Shown: positions 49,501 to 58,198 of the stretch, piece after piece | Layout of the letters: each line of letters starts with the position of its first letter | How positions within the stretch are numbered: position 1 is the first letter of the stretch | Source of the DNA: Methylobacteriaceae bacterium | GTDB taxonomy: Bacteria > Pseudomonadota > Alphaproteobacteria > Rhizobiales > Beijerinckiaceae | Assembly (NCBI GenBank): GCA_020638195.1 | Contig: JACKJC010000004.1 | Location: forward strand, 413,403 to 477,402 | Direction of reading: 5' to 3' | Length of the DNA: 64,000 nucleotides | Made by a program: the position numbers and the translations under genes | Notes under the pieces: generated by a model | The model's database searches: none | Told to the model about the DNA's origin: nothing | Seen by the model: only the letters and a program-made list of their open reading frames with translations

Positions 49501-49641
49501 ATGAGCATCGGCACGCTGTTCACGCTGTTCGTCACGCCCGCGATCTACACATTCATCGCCAAGGACCATTCCCACGACCGCGAGGAACGCGGCCTCGACC
49601 CCGCCAAGGCGGCGCCATTGGCGCATAACGCCGCGGAGTGA
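46522..49641 (+). CDS. RND-family (AcrB/MexB-type) inner-membrane efflux permease
   Basis: 1039 aa. FIRRPVLATVVSLLILLVG, VVDDAIVVVENI and a 12-TMS architecture. GTG start. Confidence 0.95.
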   Translation: MGSFTDLFIRRPVLATVVSLLILLVGAQAGFKLQIRQYPELSQTTITITTTYPGANADLIKGFITTPLEQAVASTEGIDTLVASSQQNVSTITLNMRLNASPDRAVADVLSKIQQVKSQLPREAQDPVVVKKTGQGYALLYMSFNSDVLSSAQITDYLNRVVQPKLQTLDGVAEAQILGGQTFAMRIWLDPTKMAARGVTASDVSRALAANNFTAAAGQIKSDYTQTSINALTSLDSASAFAQLVVVARGDALVRLGDIARVELGPQSADSSSVFDGLKAVFIGIYATPTANPLTVIDEVRKAFPSVQRELPAGIHAAIAYDATEFIRASIWEVAKTLGEAALIVVVVIFLFLGNLRSTLIPIVTIPLSLIGVMMFLLAMGYSINLLTLLAFVLAIGLVVDDAIVVVENIWRHIEDGMTPRDAALTGAREIAGPVISMTITLAAVYAPIGFVSGLTGALFREFAFTLAGSVIVSGVIALTLSPMMCSKLLKAHAPGESGGFSAWLDRRFDALRNRYERRLHKTLNFRALTVTILVGVLAITAVMFVTTPKELAPEEDQGILLSILKTPQSGNLDYTEAATQKLWQIVETIPERAHLFVINGFAGVHQAFAGILLKPWDQRSRTQKQILQNELQAKLATIPSASVFAFSPPPLPGSTGGPPMQFVIRTTGDYQRLAQVAAEMQKAATASGMFIFTDIDLKFDTPQLEFKIDAAKANRLGWSMQEIGGALATMLGGNYVNRFNLYGRSYQVIPQAPRDFRDAKDWLTRYQLRTSSGELAPLSTVATVQQTVQPNSLSEFQQLSSATLSGVPYPGRTLGEAIDFLTAKSKEIFPEGYTYDFQGDARQYVQESNALTITFVFALIVIFLVLAAQFESFRDPFIILIALPTSMFGALLPLNLMSVMGLASLNIYSQIGLVTLIGLISKHGILMTEFANRMQEEQHMSRREAIEHAAGVRLRPILMTTAAMVVGVVPLVTASGAGAQSRIAIGIVIAAGMSIGTLFTLFVTPAIYTFIAKDHSHDREERGLDPAKAAPLAHNAAE

Positions 49642-49742
49642 TAGAGAGCGCGTCGCGCCGACAGGCCCCCAAACTTTCGCTCCAGCGCTATTGTGCGAGA
49701 GGGAAAGGGAGGGCGCGGCGGCCGCGCCCGAGGACCTGAAAT

Positions 49743-51341
49743 TTGAACGCCCCGCTCGCCAAAGCCGACCCCGTCTCCCGCCGCCGCACCTTCGCGATCA
49801 TCTCGCATCCGGACGCCGGCAAGACCACGCTCACCGAAAAGCTGCTGCTGTTCGGCGGCGCGATCCAGCTTGCCGGCGAGGTGCGCGCCAAGCAGAACCG
49901 CCGCCAGACCCGCTCGGACTGGATGGGCATCGAGCGCGAGCGCGGCATTTCGGTCGTCACTTCGGTCATGACCTTCGAGTACGGCGATTGCGTCTTCAAT
50001 CTGCTCGATACGCCCGGCCACGAGGACTTCTCCGAAGACACCTATCGCACGCTGACCGCGGTCGATTCCGCCATCATGGTGATTGACGCAGCCAAGGGCA
50101 TCGAGGCGCGGACGCGAAAGCTGTTCGAGGTTTGCCGGCTGCGCGACATTCCGATCGTCACTTTCGTCAACAAGCTCGACCGCGAGGCGCGCGATCCCTT
50201 CGAGACGCTGGACGAGATCGAGAAGACGCTGGCGCTCGACACCACCCCGATGACCTGGCCGATCGGCTCGGGCCGCGCCTTCTGCGGCACCTACGACCTG
50301 CGCCACAATGTCGTACGGAAACTGGATGCCGAAGCTGACGCCGAGCCGATGAAGGTCGAAGGGCCTGAAGACCCCAAGATCGCTACGCTCGCGGGCGAGG
50401 CGCTCGCGGAACACACGGCCGGCGAGATCGAACTCGCCATGGGCGCGTCGAAGCCGTTCGACAAGCAGGCGTTTCTCGAAGGCCATCTGACGCCGGTGTT
50501 CTTCGGCTCGGCCCTGCGCAATTTCGGCGTTCGCGACCTCATCGACGCCATGGCCGAACTCGCCCCGCCGCCGCGCGGGCTGGATACTGCGAGCCGCCAC
50601 GTCGATCCGCGCGAAACGAAGATGACGGGCTTCGTTTTCAAGATCCAGGCGAACATGGACCCCAACCACCGCGACCGCATCGCCTTCCTGCGCGTCACCT
50701 CGGGCAAGCTGGCGCGCGGCATGAAGGCGAAGCTGATCCGGACGGGAAAGAACATGGCGCTCAACGCGCCGCAATTCTTTTTCGCGCAGGATCGCACCAT
50801 TGCCGATGAAGCCTTCGCGGGCGACGTCGTCGGCATTCCCAATCACGGCGTTCTACGCATCGGCGACACGCTGACCGAGGGCGAGGAATTGATTTTCCGT
50901 GGCGTGCCGAGCTTCGCGCCGGAAATCCTGCGCCGCGTCCGCATCGGCGACGCCATGAAGGCCAAAAAGCTGAAGGAGGCCCTGCAGCAGATGGCGGAAG
51001 AAGGCGTCGTGCAGGTCTTTACGCCCAACGACGGCTCGGGCTCCATGGTCGGCGTCGTCGGCGCCCTCCAGCTCGACGTGCTGGCCGAGCGGCTGAAGGC
51101 CGAATACGGGTTGGACGTGACTTTCGAACAAAGCCGTTTCGAGATCTGCCGCTGGGTCACGGCCAGCAAGGCCGAACTGGACAAGTTCCTGCGCGCCTAT
51201 CCCGCCTCCATCGCCGAAGACCTCGACGGCGCGCCGGTCTTCATGGCGACCTCGGCCTTCAACCTGCGCTACGAGGAGGAGCGCTGGCCGGACGTTGTTT
51301 TTTCCGATGTGAAGGATTATCAGGCTGCCAACCCGAAATAA
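49743..51341 (+). CDS. prfC: peptide chain release factor 3
   Basis: RRRTFAIISHPDAGKTTLTEKLLLFGGAIQLAG...DTPGHEDFSEDTYR...NKLDR. TTG start. Confidence 0.95.
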   Translation: MNAPLAKADPVSRRRTFAIISHPDAGKTTLTEKLLLFGGAIQLAGEVRAKQNRRQTRSDWMGIERERGISVVTSVMTFEYGDCVFNLLDTPGHEDFSEDTYRTLTAVDSAIMVIDAAKGIEARTRKLFEVCRLRDIPIVTFVNKLDREARDPFETLDEIEKTLALDTTPMTWPIGSGRAFCGTYDLRHNVVRKLDAEADAEPMKVEGPEDPKIATLAGEALAEHTAGEIELAMGASKPFDKQAFLEGHLTPVFFGSALRNFGVRDLIDAMAELAPPPRGLDTASRHVDPRETKMTGFVFKIQANMDPNHRDRIAFLRVTSGKLARGMKAKLIRTGKNMALNAPQFFFAQDRTIADEAFAGDVVGIPNHGVLRIGDTLTEGEELIFRGVPSFAPEILRRVRIGDAMKAKKLKEALQQMAEEGVVQVFTPNDGSGSMVGVVGALQLDVLAERLKAEYGLDVTFEQSRFEICRWVTASKAELDKFLRAYPASIAEDLDGAPVFMATSAFNLRYEEERWPDVVFSDVKDYQAANPK

Positions 51342-51402
51342 GGCCGCAGGCGGGCGGCCGGGGGCGCTGGCGCCCTGATTTCAGACGGGCGGGAAATCCT
51401 TG

Positions 51403-52815
51403 ATGACAAAGATTCTTCCGGTGATCATGTGTGGCGGCGCCGGCACGCGCGTCTGGCCAGAATCCCGCGATTCGCTACCGAAACAGTTCATCCCCCTGGT
51501 TTCCGAGCGCTCGACCTTCCAGATGCTGGTCGACATGCTCAAGGACCCGCTGTTCGAAAAGCCGATCGTCCTCACCAACGTCGACTACCGCTTTCTCGTC
51601 GTCGACCAGCTCCAGGCCATCAACGCCGAGGCAGACATCGTTCTGGAGCCGATGCGCCGCGATTCCGGCCCGGCCGTGGCTGTCGCCGCCGAAATGGCGG
51701 CCCGCCGCAGCCCGGACGCCGTGGTCGTGGTCTTCGCCGCCGATCATGTCGTGCAGGACCGTCCGAAACTCATCCAGCACTGCCGCGAGGCCGCCGAGGC
51801 CGCCGCCGCCGGCGCCATCGTGACGCTCGGCATACGCCCGACCGGACCCGCCACCGGCTACGGCTACATCCGCGCTGGCGAGCCGCTGAAAGAGGGCTCG
51901 CCCGTCCGCAAGGTCGAGGCCTTCGTCGAAAAGCCCGACCTCGCCACCGCTCAGAAATATGTGGCGCAAGGCTATTTCTGGAACTGCGGCTATTTCGTCT
52001 TCCGCGCCGACGTCATGCAGGGCGAGCTCGATAAGTACGAGCCCGCCATGCGCGAAGCCGCCGCAGCGGCGGTCGAGGCCGCCAGGCCCGACCTCAAGTT
52101 CATCGTGCTCGACGCCGAGGCCTTCGGCAAGGCGCCGAAAAAGTCGATCGACTACGCGGTGATCGAGCGCTCCGACAGACTGGCGCTGGTGCCGGCCGAT
52201 ATCGGCTGGTCGGATGTCGGCACCTGGGAAGCTGTCTGGGAACTCTCCAACCGCGATGCCGACGGCAATTCCGTGCGCGGCCATGGCGTCGTGCTCGGCG
52301 GCCGCAACGTCCACATCCGCTCCGACGAGCATCTGACCGCCGTCGTCGGCGTCGAGGACGTGGTCGTCGTCACCACGCAGGACGCGGTGCTGGTATTGCA
52401 TCGCTCGAAGTCCGATCAGGTCAAGGCGCTGGTCGATCACCTCAAGGCGACCAATCGCCGCGAGGCGGCCGAACACCGCCGCATTTTTCGCCCCTGGGGC
52501 TATTACCAGTCGATCGACAATGGCGCCCGTCACCAGGTCAAGCGCATCGTGGTGAAGCCCGGCGACCGCCTCTCGCTGCAGAAGCACTTCCATCGCGCCG
52601 AACACTGGATCGTCGTGAAGGGCACGGCGGAAGTCGACCGCGACGGCGAGCGTCATCTCGTACACGAGAACGAGTCTATCTATCTGCCGATCGGCTGCGT
52701 CCATCGCCTCGGCAATCCCGGCAAGATCGACCTCGAGCTGATCGAGGTTCAGACGGGTTCCTATCTGGGCGAGGACGACATTGTCCGCATCGAGGACGTG
52801 TACAACCGCGAATAG
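51403..52815 (+). CDS. manC: bifunctional mannose-1-phosphate guanylyltransferase / mannose-6-phosphate isomerase
   Basis: ILPVIMCGGAGTRVWPESR...GYGYI... and a C-terminal cupin (RPWGYY...KRIVVKPG..LSLQKHFHRAEHWIVVKGTA). Confidence 0.9.
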   Translation: MTKILPVIMCGGAGTRVWPESRDSLPKQFIPLVSERSTFQMLVDMLKDPLFEKPIVLTNVDYRFLVVDQLQAINAEADIVLEPMRRDSGPAVAVAAEMAARRSPDAVVVVFAADHVVQDRPKLIQHCREAAEAAAAGAIVTLGIRPTGPATGYGYIRAGEPLKEGSPVRKVEAFVEKPDLATAQKYVAQGYFWNCGYFVFRADVMQGELDKYEPAMREAAAAAVEAARPDLKFIVLDAEAFGKAPKKSIDYAVIERSDRLALVPADIGWSDVGTWEAVWELSNRDADGNSVRGHGVVLGGRNVHIRSDEHLTAVVGVEDVVVVTTQDAVLVLHRSKSDQVKALVDHLKATNRREAAEHRRIFRPWGYYQSIDNGARHQVKRIVVKPGDRLSLQKHFHRAEHWIVVKGTAEVDRDGERHLVHENESIYLPIGCVHRLGNPGKIDLELIEVQTGSYLGEDDIVRIEDVYNRE

Positions 52816-52830
52816 TTGGACCGCGAGCGG

Positions 52831-52862
52831 CCGTCATTGCGAGCGCAGCAACGCAATGACGG
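52831..52862. terminator. perfect 11-bp hairpin (REP-related) between convergent manC and the sugar transferase gene
   Basis: ccgtcattgcg-agcgcagcaa-cgcaatgacgg. GTTGGAC occurs on both sides. Confidence 0.55.
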
Positions 52863-52868
52863 GTTGGA

Positions 52869-54362
52869 CTAGACCGCGTTCCGATACGCTTTCCGCGAAA
52901 ACACGGTAAGCCACAAGATTCGCAGGTCGAGCAGCGGCGACCAATTGTCGATGTACCAGAGGTCGTGCTCGACGCGCTTGCGCATCTTGCCTTCGCCGCT
53001 CGTATCGCCGCGCAGACCGTTGACCTGCGCCCAACCGGTGATGCCGGGCTTCACATTGTGGCGGCGCGCGTAGAAGGCGATCGCCTGCTCGTACATCTGG
53101 TCGTGCGCCAGCGCGTGCGGGCGCGGCCCGACCAGCGACATTTCGCCCGAAAGCACGTTGAAGAGCTGCGGCAGTTCGTCGATGTTGGTGGCGCGCAGAA
53201 TGCGCCCGACGCGTGTGACGCGCGGATCGTCGACCTGCGCCTGCGGCACATGCCGACCATCCTCCATTGTCCGCATGGAGCGGAACTTGAAGATGCGGAA
53301 CGGCTCCTGATTGAAGCCGTAGCGTCGCTGCAGGAAGAAGACCGGCCCCGGACTGTCGAGCTTGATGGCGAGCGCGACAAGAGCCAAGAGCGGCGACAGC
53401 AGCGCGACCGCCGCCGCGGAAACCAGAACGTCGAAGGCGCGCTTGAGCGCGACTTCACTGGACGAAAGCGGCCGGCGCACGAGATGAAGGCTCGCGACGG
53501 AGCCTACACGCGAAATGCGCGCTTCCCCGAACCGGTCGAGCACGCGCTCGGGTCCCAGGTGAATGGAAGCCGGCACGCGCAGGAAAACGTCGATGCAGGC
53601 GTCGATCGTCTCGCGCTCCGACCATGGCGCGAGAATGAAGACGTCGTCGGGTCGCAGCATGCGCGCCGAAGCGGCCGCCAGCGCGAGATCTTCCTCCAGC
53701 GTTTCGCGCCCGCGCAGCACCGCGGCGGCCACGACCTGCATGCCGCTTTCCCAGGGCTGGTAGCGCGCCGCGAAGCCCTCGACGTCGGCCTCGTAGCCGA
53801 CGAGGAACACGCGCTTGAGCGGAATGCCGCCGACCGAGGCGCTTGCCCGCACAAGCCGCACGGCGCCCGCGCGCGTCGCGATCAGGCAGCCGAGGCCGAG
53901 AAAATAGAAGCCGACGATCGTCGCGCGCGAAAATTCGCCGGTCGTCTTGGTCGCGAAGCCGAAGACGAGCGCGCAGGCGAAGACGATGTTCCAGAGATGG
54001 AAGGTGCGCCGTCCATGCCCTGCCGCCTGCAGGAAGTTGGACAACGCATATTCGTCGCGCATCGTATTGGCGGTGACGAACATCAGCGAGACGAACAATC
54101 CGAGCTCAAGGAAATTCCCGACCGGACCTTCGTCGCCGTACGCGCCCCAGTGATAGAGCATGCCGACCGCGACCGCGCTGACGATGATCGCCATCGTATC
54201 GGCCAACCCCGCGAGCATCCCGAAGAAAGACCGCAGCAAGGTCGCGCGCCCACGCGGCAGCCAGTCCGACCAGTCGAGCCGCAACGGACTCGCGTCGGGA
54301 AGCGGCGCTGGCCGGATCCGATGAGCAAGAGTGTCGTTCTTGTCGTCGCCGCGTCGACGCAT
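52869..54362 (-). CDS. polyprenyl-phosphate hexose-1-phosphate transferase (WbaP/ExoY-type initiating sugar transferase)
   Basis: N-terminal TM bundle plus a C-terminal bacterial sugar transferase domain (KRAFDVL...LPQLFNVLSGEMSLVGPRP...KPGITGWAQV). Confidence 0.85.
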   Translation of the reverse strand: MRRRGDDKNDTLAHRIRPAPLPDASPLRLDWSDWLPRGRATLLRSFFGMLAGLADTMAIIVSAVAVGMLYHWGAYGDEGPVGNFLELGLFVSLMFVTANTMRDEYALSNFLQAAGHGRRTFHLWNIVFACALVFGFATKTTGEFSRATIVGFYFLGLGCLIATRAGAVRLVRASASVGGIPLKRVFLVGYEADVEGFAARYQPWESGMQVVAAAVLRGRETLEEDLALAAASARMLRPDDVFILAPWSERETIDACIDVFLRVPASIHLGPERVLDRFGEARISRVGSVASLHLVRRPLSSSEVALKRAFDVLVSAAAVALLSPLLALVALAIKLDSPGPVFFLQRRYGFNQEPFRIFKFRSMRTMEDGRHVPQAQVDDPRVTRVGRILRATNIDELPQLFNVLSGEMSLVGPRPHALAHDQMYEQAIAFYARRHNVKPGITGWAQVNGLRGDTSGEGKMRKRVEHDLWYIDNWSPLLDLRILWLTVFSRKAYRNAV

Positions 54363-54532
54363 CTTGTTCGACCCACGTTGAACGCCGCTGTCCCGTTTCG
54401 GGAATGCCGCGGTCGAAAGTTCGTTTCAGCGCAGGTGTTGCAAGAACGCCGCCAGCGCCGTTCGCGACGAGGTCAGCTTTCGTTAACCATGTTCGAATAA
54501 TCGTTAATCAATTCTTTCAGACGAAAGCGAAC

Positions 54533-56119
54533 GTGCAGAGGCGATTCCACGCTCTCGCCGGCGCGGCCGGCGCTTTGGCTTGCGGGCTCGCGGCGGCGGT
54601 CTGGTGTGCGTTCGCCCCGCCGCCTTACGTCGCCGCCGCCACGGTCGCGGTAGAGGCTTCGGCTGAAATCCCCGCCGCCTACGACGAAGCCGCCCTGCGC
54701 TCGCTTGCGGCCAGTGACGTCGTCCTGCGGGAAGCAGCGCTCGCGCCGGCGGCCGCGGCCGCGATCGCCCGGGAAGCGCGGCCCGCCGTACCGGACACGC
54801 TTCTTTCGATGCTCAGCGCGCAACCCGGTCAAACCGACAGCCTGAGCCGCGCGGCCGATCTGCTTGCGAGACGGATCGCCGTCGAACGAGGACCGACGCC
54901 CCGCAGCGCGCGCATCCGCGTGCGCATGCAGGACGCGGCGGCGGCCAAGGTCGCCGCCGACGCAGTCGCGCAGGCAGTCGTCGCCAGTCACAACGAAACC
55001 GCCGCCCGGATCGATCGTCGTCTCGACCGCGCGCGCGGCGAGAATCTCGCCCGCGCCGAACGCCTGCGCGACCTCGCCCGGACCCGACTCGCGGCGCTAC
55101 AGGCCAGTGATCGCGTCCCGACGGCGACAATCGCGTTTGCCCCGGCCCCGTCGGACAAGGCGGCGGCAGCGCTCGCAGCGGCGCAGCGCGCCTTGGCCAG
55201 CGCACAGGCGCGCCGAGCCGAGGCCGCGCGCATCTATGGCCCGCGTCATCCTGAAATGATCCAGATCGAAACGGATGCGCGTAGCGCCGAGGCCGCACTC
55301 TCGGCGGCCCGCGCCAAAATGGCCTCGACGCCCGCGCGACTGCCGCGTGCGGAAGGCGGTCCGGACCCGCGCGCCGGTGAAATCGCCGCCGCGCGGGAGG
55401 AGGCCGAGCGGGCTGAACGCGACTATGAGAGGGAAGCGCGGCGCTTCGCAACGCCCGACAGGCGCGCGCGCGTCGAACAGGTCGCCGCCGCGCCCAAGGA
55501 CCGGGACCGACCACGATCCATCTCCGTCGTCGCCGCCGCGTCGTTGCTCGGTTTCATCCTGTTCGGCGGCGCCGCCGGCCTGCGCACGCCGCTGCGCGCG
55601 CCGCCGCGTCGCGCGTCGAACCGTCGGCCGGACGCGATTGTGCAGGCAGGCGCGCTCGACCCGGCAGGCGCAGAGCATGTGGTCGCCGCGCTCGATATCG
55701 CCGCCAGCGATGGCGCGCGCCGGATTTGGATCGCTGGCGAATGCGGCCGCGAAATTCGCCAGACTGCACGGGCGCTGGCCGCCGCCTCGCTGGCGGAGGG
55801 CTGGCGCCCGCTCGTGATCGAACAATCGGGACGCCAGCACGCGGCGCGCAGCGTGGCGATCCTTGAGCGTCGCGCCTACGCTGTCTCGGCCGTCGCGGCG
55901 CGCGACGACAATCTTCTCGTCGCCCGCCCCCTCGCCACGCCGCGTGACGGATACGACGTGGACGCGGCGTTCGATCTCGTCCTGTTCGCCGACGCGTCGG
56001 CCGTCGCGCATGTCGACATTTGCGTCTGGGCCGGTCAGGCCGCGCCGGTCGTCGCCGACCCCGCGCTTGCCGAGGAAATCATCTGGATTGCGCCAGCTCA
56101 AATTGCACACGAAGCGTGA
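54533..56119 (+). CDS. polysaccharide co-polymerase (GumC/ExoP-like) with degenerate C-terminal kinase-like domain
   Basis: N-terminal TM, Ala-rich coiled coil, the GPRHPEMIQ motif typical of PCP2 proteins, and a second TM. The C-terminal P-loop position reads IWIAGECGREIRQ (no GK[ST]). GTG start at 54533 chosen because 54480-54530 looks like AT-rich promoter DNA. Start uncertain. Confidence 0.55.
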   Translation: MQRRFHALAGAAGALACGLAAAVWCAFAPPPYVAAATVAVEASAEIPAAYDEAALRSLAASDVVLREAALAPAAAAAIAREARPAVPDTLLSMLSAQPGQTDSLSRAADLLARRIAVERGPTPRSARIRVRMQDAAAAKVAADAVAQAVVASHNETAARIDRRLDRARGENLARAERLRDLARTRLAALQASDRVPTATIAFAPAPSDKAAAALAAAQRALASAQARRAEAARIYGPRHPEMIQIETDARSAEAALSAARAKMASTPARLPRAEGGPDPRAGEIAAAREEAERAERDYEREARRFATPDRRARVEQVAAAPKDRDRPRSISVVAAASLLGFILFGGAAGLRTPLRAPPRRASNRRPDAIVQAGALDPAGAEHVVAALDIAASDGARRIWIAGECGREIRQTARALAAASLAEGWRPLVIEQSGRQHAARSVAILERRAYAVSAVAARDDNLLVARPLATPRDGYDVDAAFDLVLFADASAVAHVDICVWAGQAAPVVADPALAEEIIWIAPAQIAHEA

Positions 56120-56137
56120 CCTTCGTCACGCGCGCCG

Positions 56138-56563
56138 ATGACCCGCGGCACTGTCGGCCAAATTCGGCAAGCGTTTCATATGCATATTCGAATTTGTGCA
56201 GAGTCGCCGGCCATGAAAACCTCCCATGCCTTCGATGCGTTCGAAGCAGCCCTGAAGTCGATGCGGGCAGCGCAGATCGCCGCTCTCGGAGCGACAGGAG
56301 CCGAGGGGCGCGAGGCAGCGGCCGAGCTTGCCGAAAGCCTCGCGAAGGTCCGCGTCGCCGCGATCCGTCTCTGGTCACAGCCTGCCACGGGCCCCTCGGA
56401 CCTCATCCTGAAGGCCCGCGCTCTGCGGTGGCACTTCCCCGACGGAATCGAAGTTCCCAGCCCGACATTGCTCGGCGCGGCGGACGATCCCGCGCCGGAC
56501 GCGCCGCTCGGCGCCATCGCGGTCCACTACATCGTCAAGGATCTGCTGGCGCTGTCGATGTGA
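56138..56563 (+). CDS. hypothetical protein
   Basis: High-GC3 ORF abutting the convergent flippase stop. Start ambiguous (ATGs at 56138, 56177, 56213). No recognised motifs. Confidence 0.35.
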   Translation: MTRGTVGQIRQAFHMHIRICAESPAMKTSHAFDAFEAALKSMRAAQIAALGATGAEGREAAAELAESLAKVRVAAIRLWSQPATGPSDLILKARALRWHFPDGIEVPSPTLLGAADDPAPDAPLGAIAVHYIVKDLLALSM

Positions 56564-58087
56564 TTAGCGTGCGAAAAACTGCACGACCGGCGAGAGCAGC
56601 GGCGACAGCCAGCCCGGCGCCTTGCCGGCGAGCTCCGCGAGCCGTCCGAGATCCTCGTCCGGCAGCGCGCGCGTCAACCGCGCCAGCGCGAAATAGACCG
56701 CCGCGCCGAGAACGATCGCGAGCGCGATTCCTGCAGGACCAGGCGCGACTTCAATGACGGCGCGCGCGGCGATCGCGCATCCGGCGGCCGAACCGACGAT
56801 GCGGGCGACCGATCCATATGGGCTCGCGCAATCGAGCGCGCGATGCAGGTAGACGAAGTTCGCCGCAACGATCGAGAACTGGATGAGGGAACGCGCGATC
56901 ACCGCGCCCATCAAACCGTAGGTGGGCACGACCAGCACGCCCGCCGCGACGATCGCCACCGCGCCGGCGACGCCGGTGCGCACGAGAAAATAATTGCGCT
57001 CGGTGGCGAACAACAGCGCGGACGACACGGTCGAAACGGCGCCGAAAGCCTGCGCCGCCACGAGAATGGCGGCGGCATGCGAGGCTTCAGCGAATTCGGC
57101 CCCGAACAGCGCAGGCACCAGAGCCGGCGCGATCGCCGCCATGCCGAAACAAGCCGGGAAGATCAGGAAGGACATGAACCGCACCGCCGAGGCGAAGGCG
57201 CGCTGGAGCCCCGCCTTGTCGCCGACCGCAAACAGCTGCGCGAACAGGGCCAGCAGCCCGCCCGTCATCAGCAGCGGCGCCTGGGTCGCGACGGTCGCGA
57301 GCGTATTGGCCGCCGAGTAGAGACCCGCTTCGTGCGCGCCGCGATAATGGTTGAGGAAGGCCAGTTCCGTCCGCGACCAGACGATTGCCGCGATCAGCCC
57401 GACGCCCCAGCTCGCGAGCGAGAAGCGCCATGCGCGCCGCCTCAATTCGCTGTCGACCCGTGCGCCCGGCCGGATATGCGTCAACGTATGAAGCGCGAGC
57501 AACAGACTGCCGCCGCCATAACCCACAAGCGCGCCGGCCGGTCCGAAGAAATAGCCGCCCGCCGCGACGCCGGCGAGCTGGATGACCAGCGAGATCGACG
57601 TGAGCCGCGCCGCCTCGTCGAATCTCTGCGCGCCGCGCAATTGCGACAGGCCGTAATTGCCGATCGCCTGCAACGTGAAGAGTACGGCGAGCGCCAGCCA
57701 CACCGTCGATGCGATGTCGTCGAACGGCAAAATGGGCAAATGCGCTTCGAGAGCGGGCGCGAGCTGCCACAGCGCCACGAGCGCGGCGCCGCCAGCAGCG
57801 GTCGTGGCTAGAATTGCGGGATAGAAAGCCCGCGCGAAATTGCCGGCGTCCTCGTGCAGCGCGCGCGCCTCGAGATCGGGCACGAAGCGCGCGATGGTGA
57901 TCGGAAGGCCGAGATCGCAGAGGGTGACGAGCGTGCCGACGATCCAGATGCCGAGCGCAACATTGCCGGCGCCGCCGGGACCCAGCATGCGCGCGACGAT
58001 GACGACGCTCAGCAGGCTGCCGAGCGCGGTCGACGCGCCAGCGAGGCTGGAATGCAATGTATTTCGCGCGAAGCGCGGAAGGGCCAT
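56564..58087 (-). CDS. Wzx-type oligosaccharide flippase (MOP/PST family)
   Basis: 507 aa with about 12-14 TMS. The N-terminus ARNTLHSSLAGASTALGSLLSVVIVARMLGPGGAG is typical of polysaccharide biosynthesis flippases. Confidence 0.8.
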   Translation of the reverse strand: MALPRFARNTLHSSLAGASTALGSLLSVVIVARMLGPGGAGNVALGIWIVGTLVTLCDLGLPITIARFVPDLEARALHEDAGNFARAFYPAILATTAAGGAALVALWQLAPALEAHLPILPFDDIASTVWLALAVLFTLQAIGNYGLSQLRGAQRFDEAARLTSISLVIQLAGVAAGGYFFGPAGALVGYGGGSLLLALHTLTHIRPGARVDSELRRRAWRFSLASWGVGLIAAIVWSRTELAFLNHYRGAHEAGLYSAANTLATVATQAPLLMTGGLLALFAQLFAVGDKAGLQRAFASAVRFMSFLIFPACFGMAAIAPALVPALFGAEFAEASHAAAILVAAQAFGAVSTVSSALLFATERNYFLVRTGVAGAVAIVAAGVLVVPTYGLMGAVIARSLIQFSIVAANFVYLHRALDCASPYGSVARIVGSAAGCAIAARAVIEVAPGPAGIALAIVLGAAVYFALARLTRALPDEDLGRLAELAGKAPGWLSPLLSPVVQFFAR

Positions 58088-58198
58088 GGTAAGTAACCGT
58101 TAATCTTCTCTACGCCGAACTGGCCGGACTTCTGGCGTTCTCGTCGATCATCTCTAACCTGCGAGACGGATCGCGCGCGAGTCGGAAGCAAGATCATA

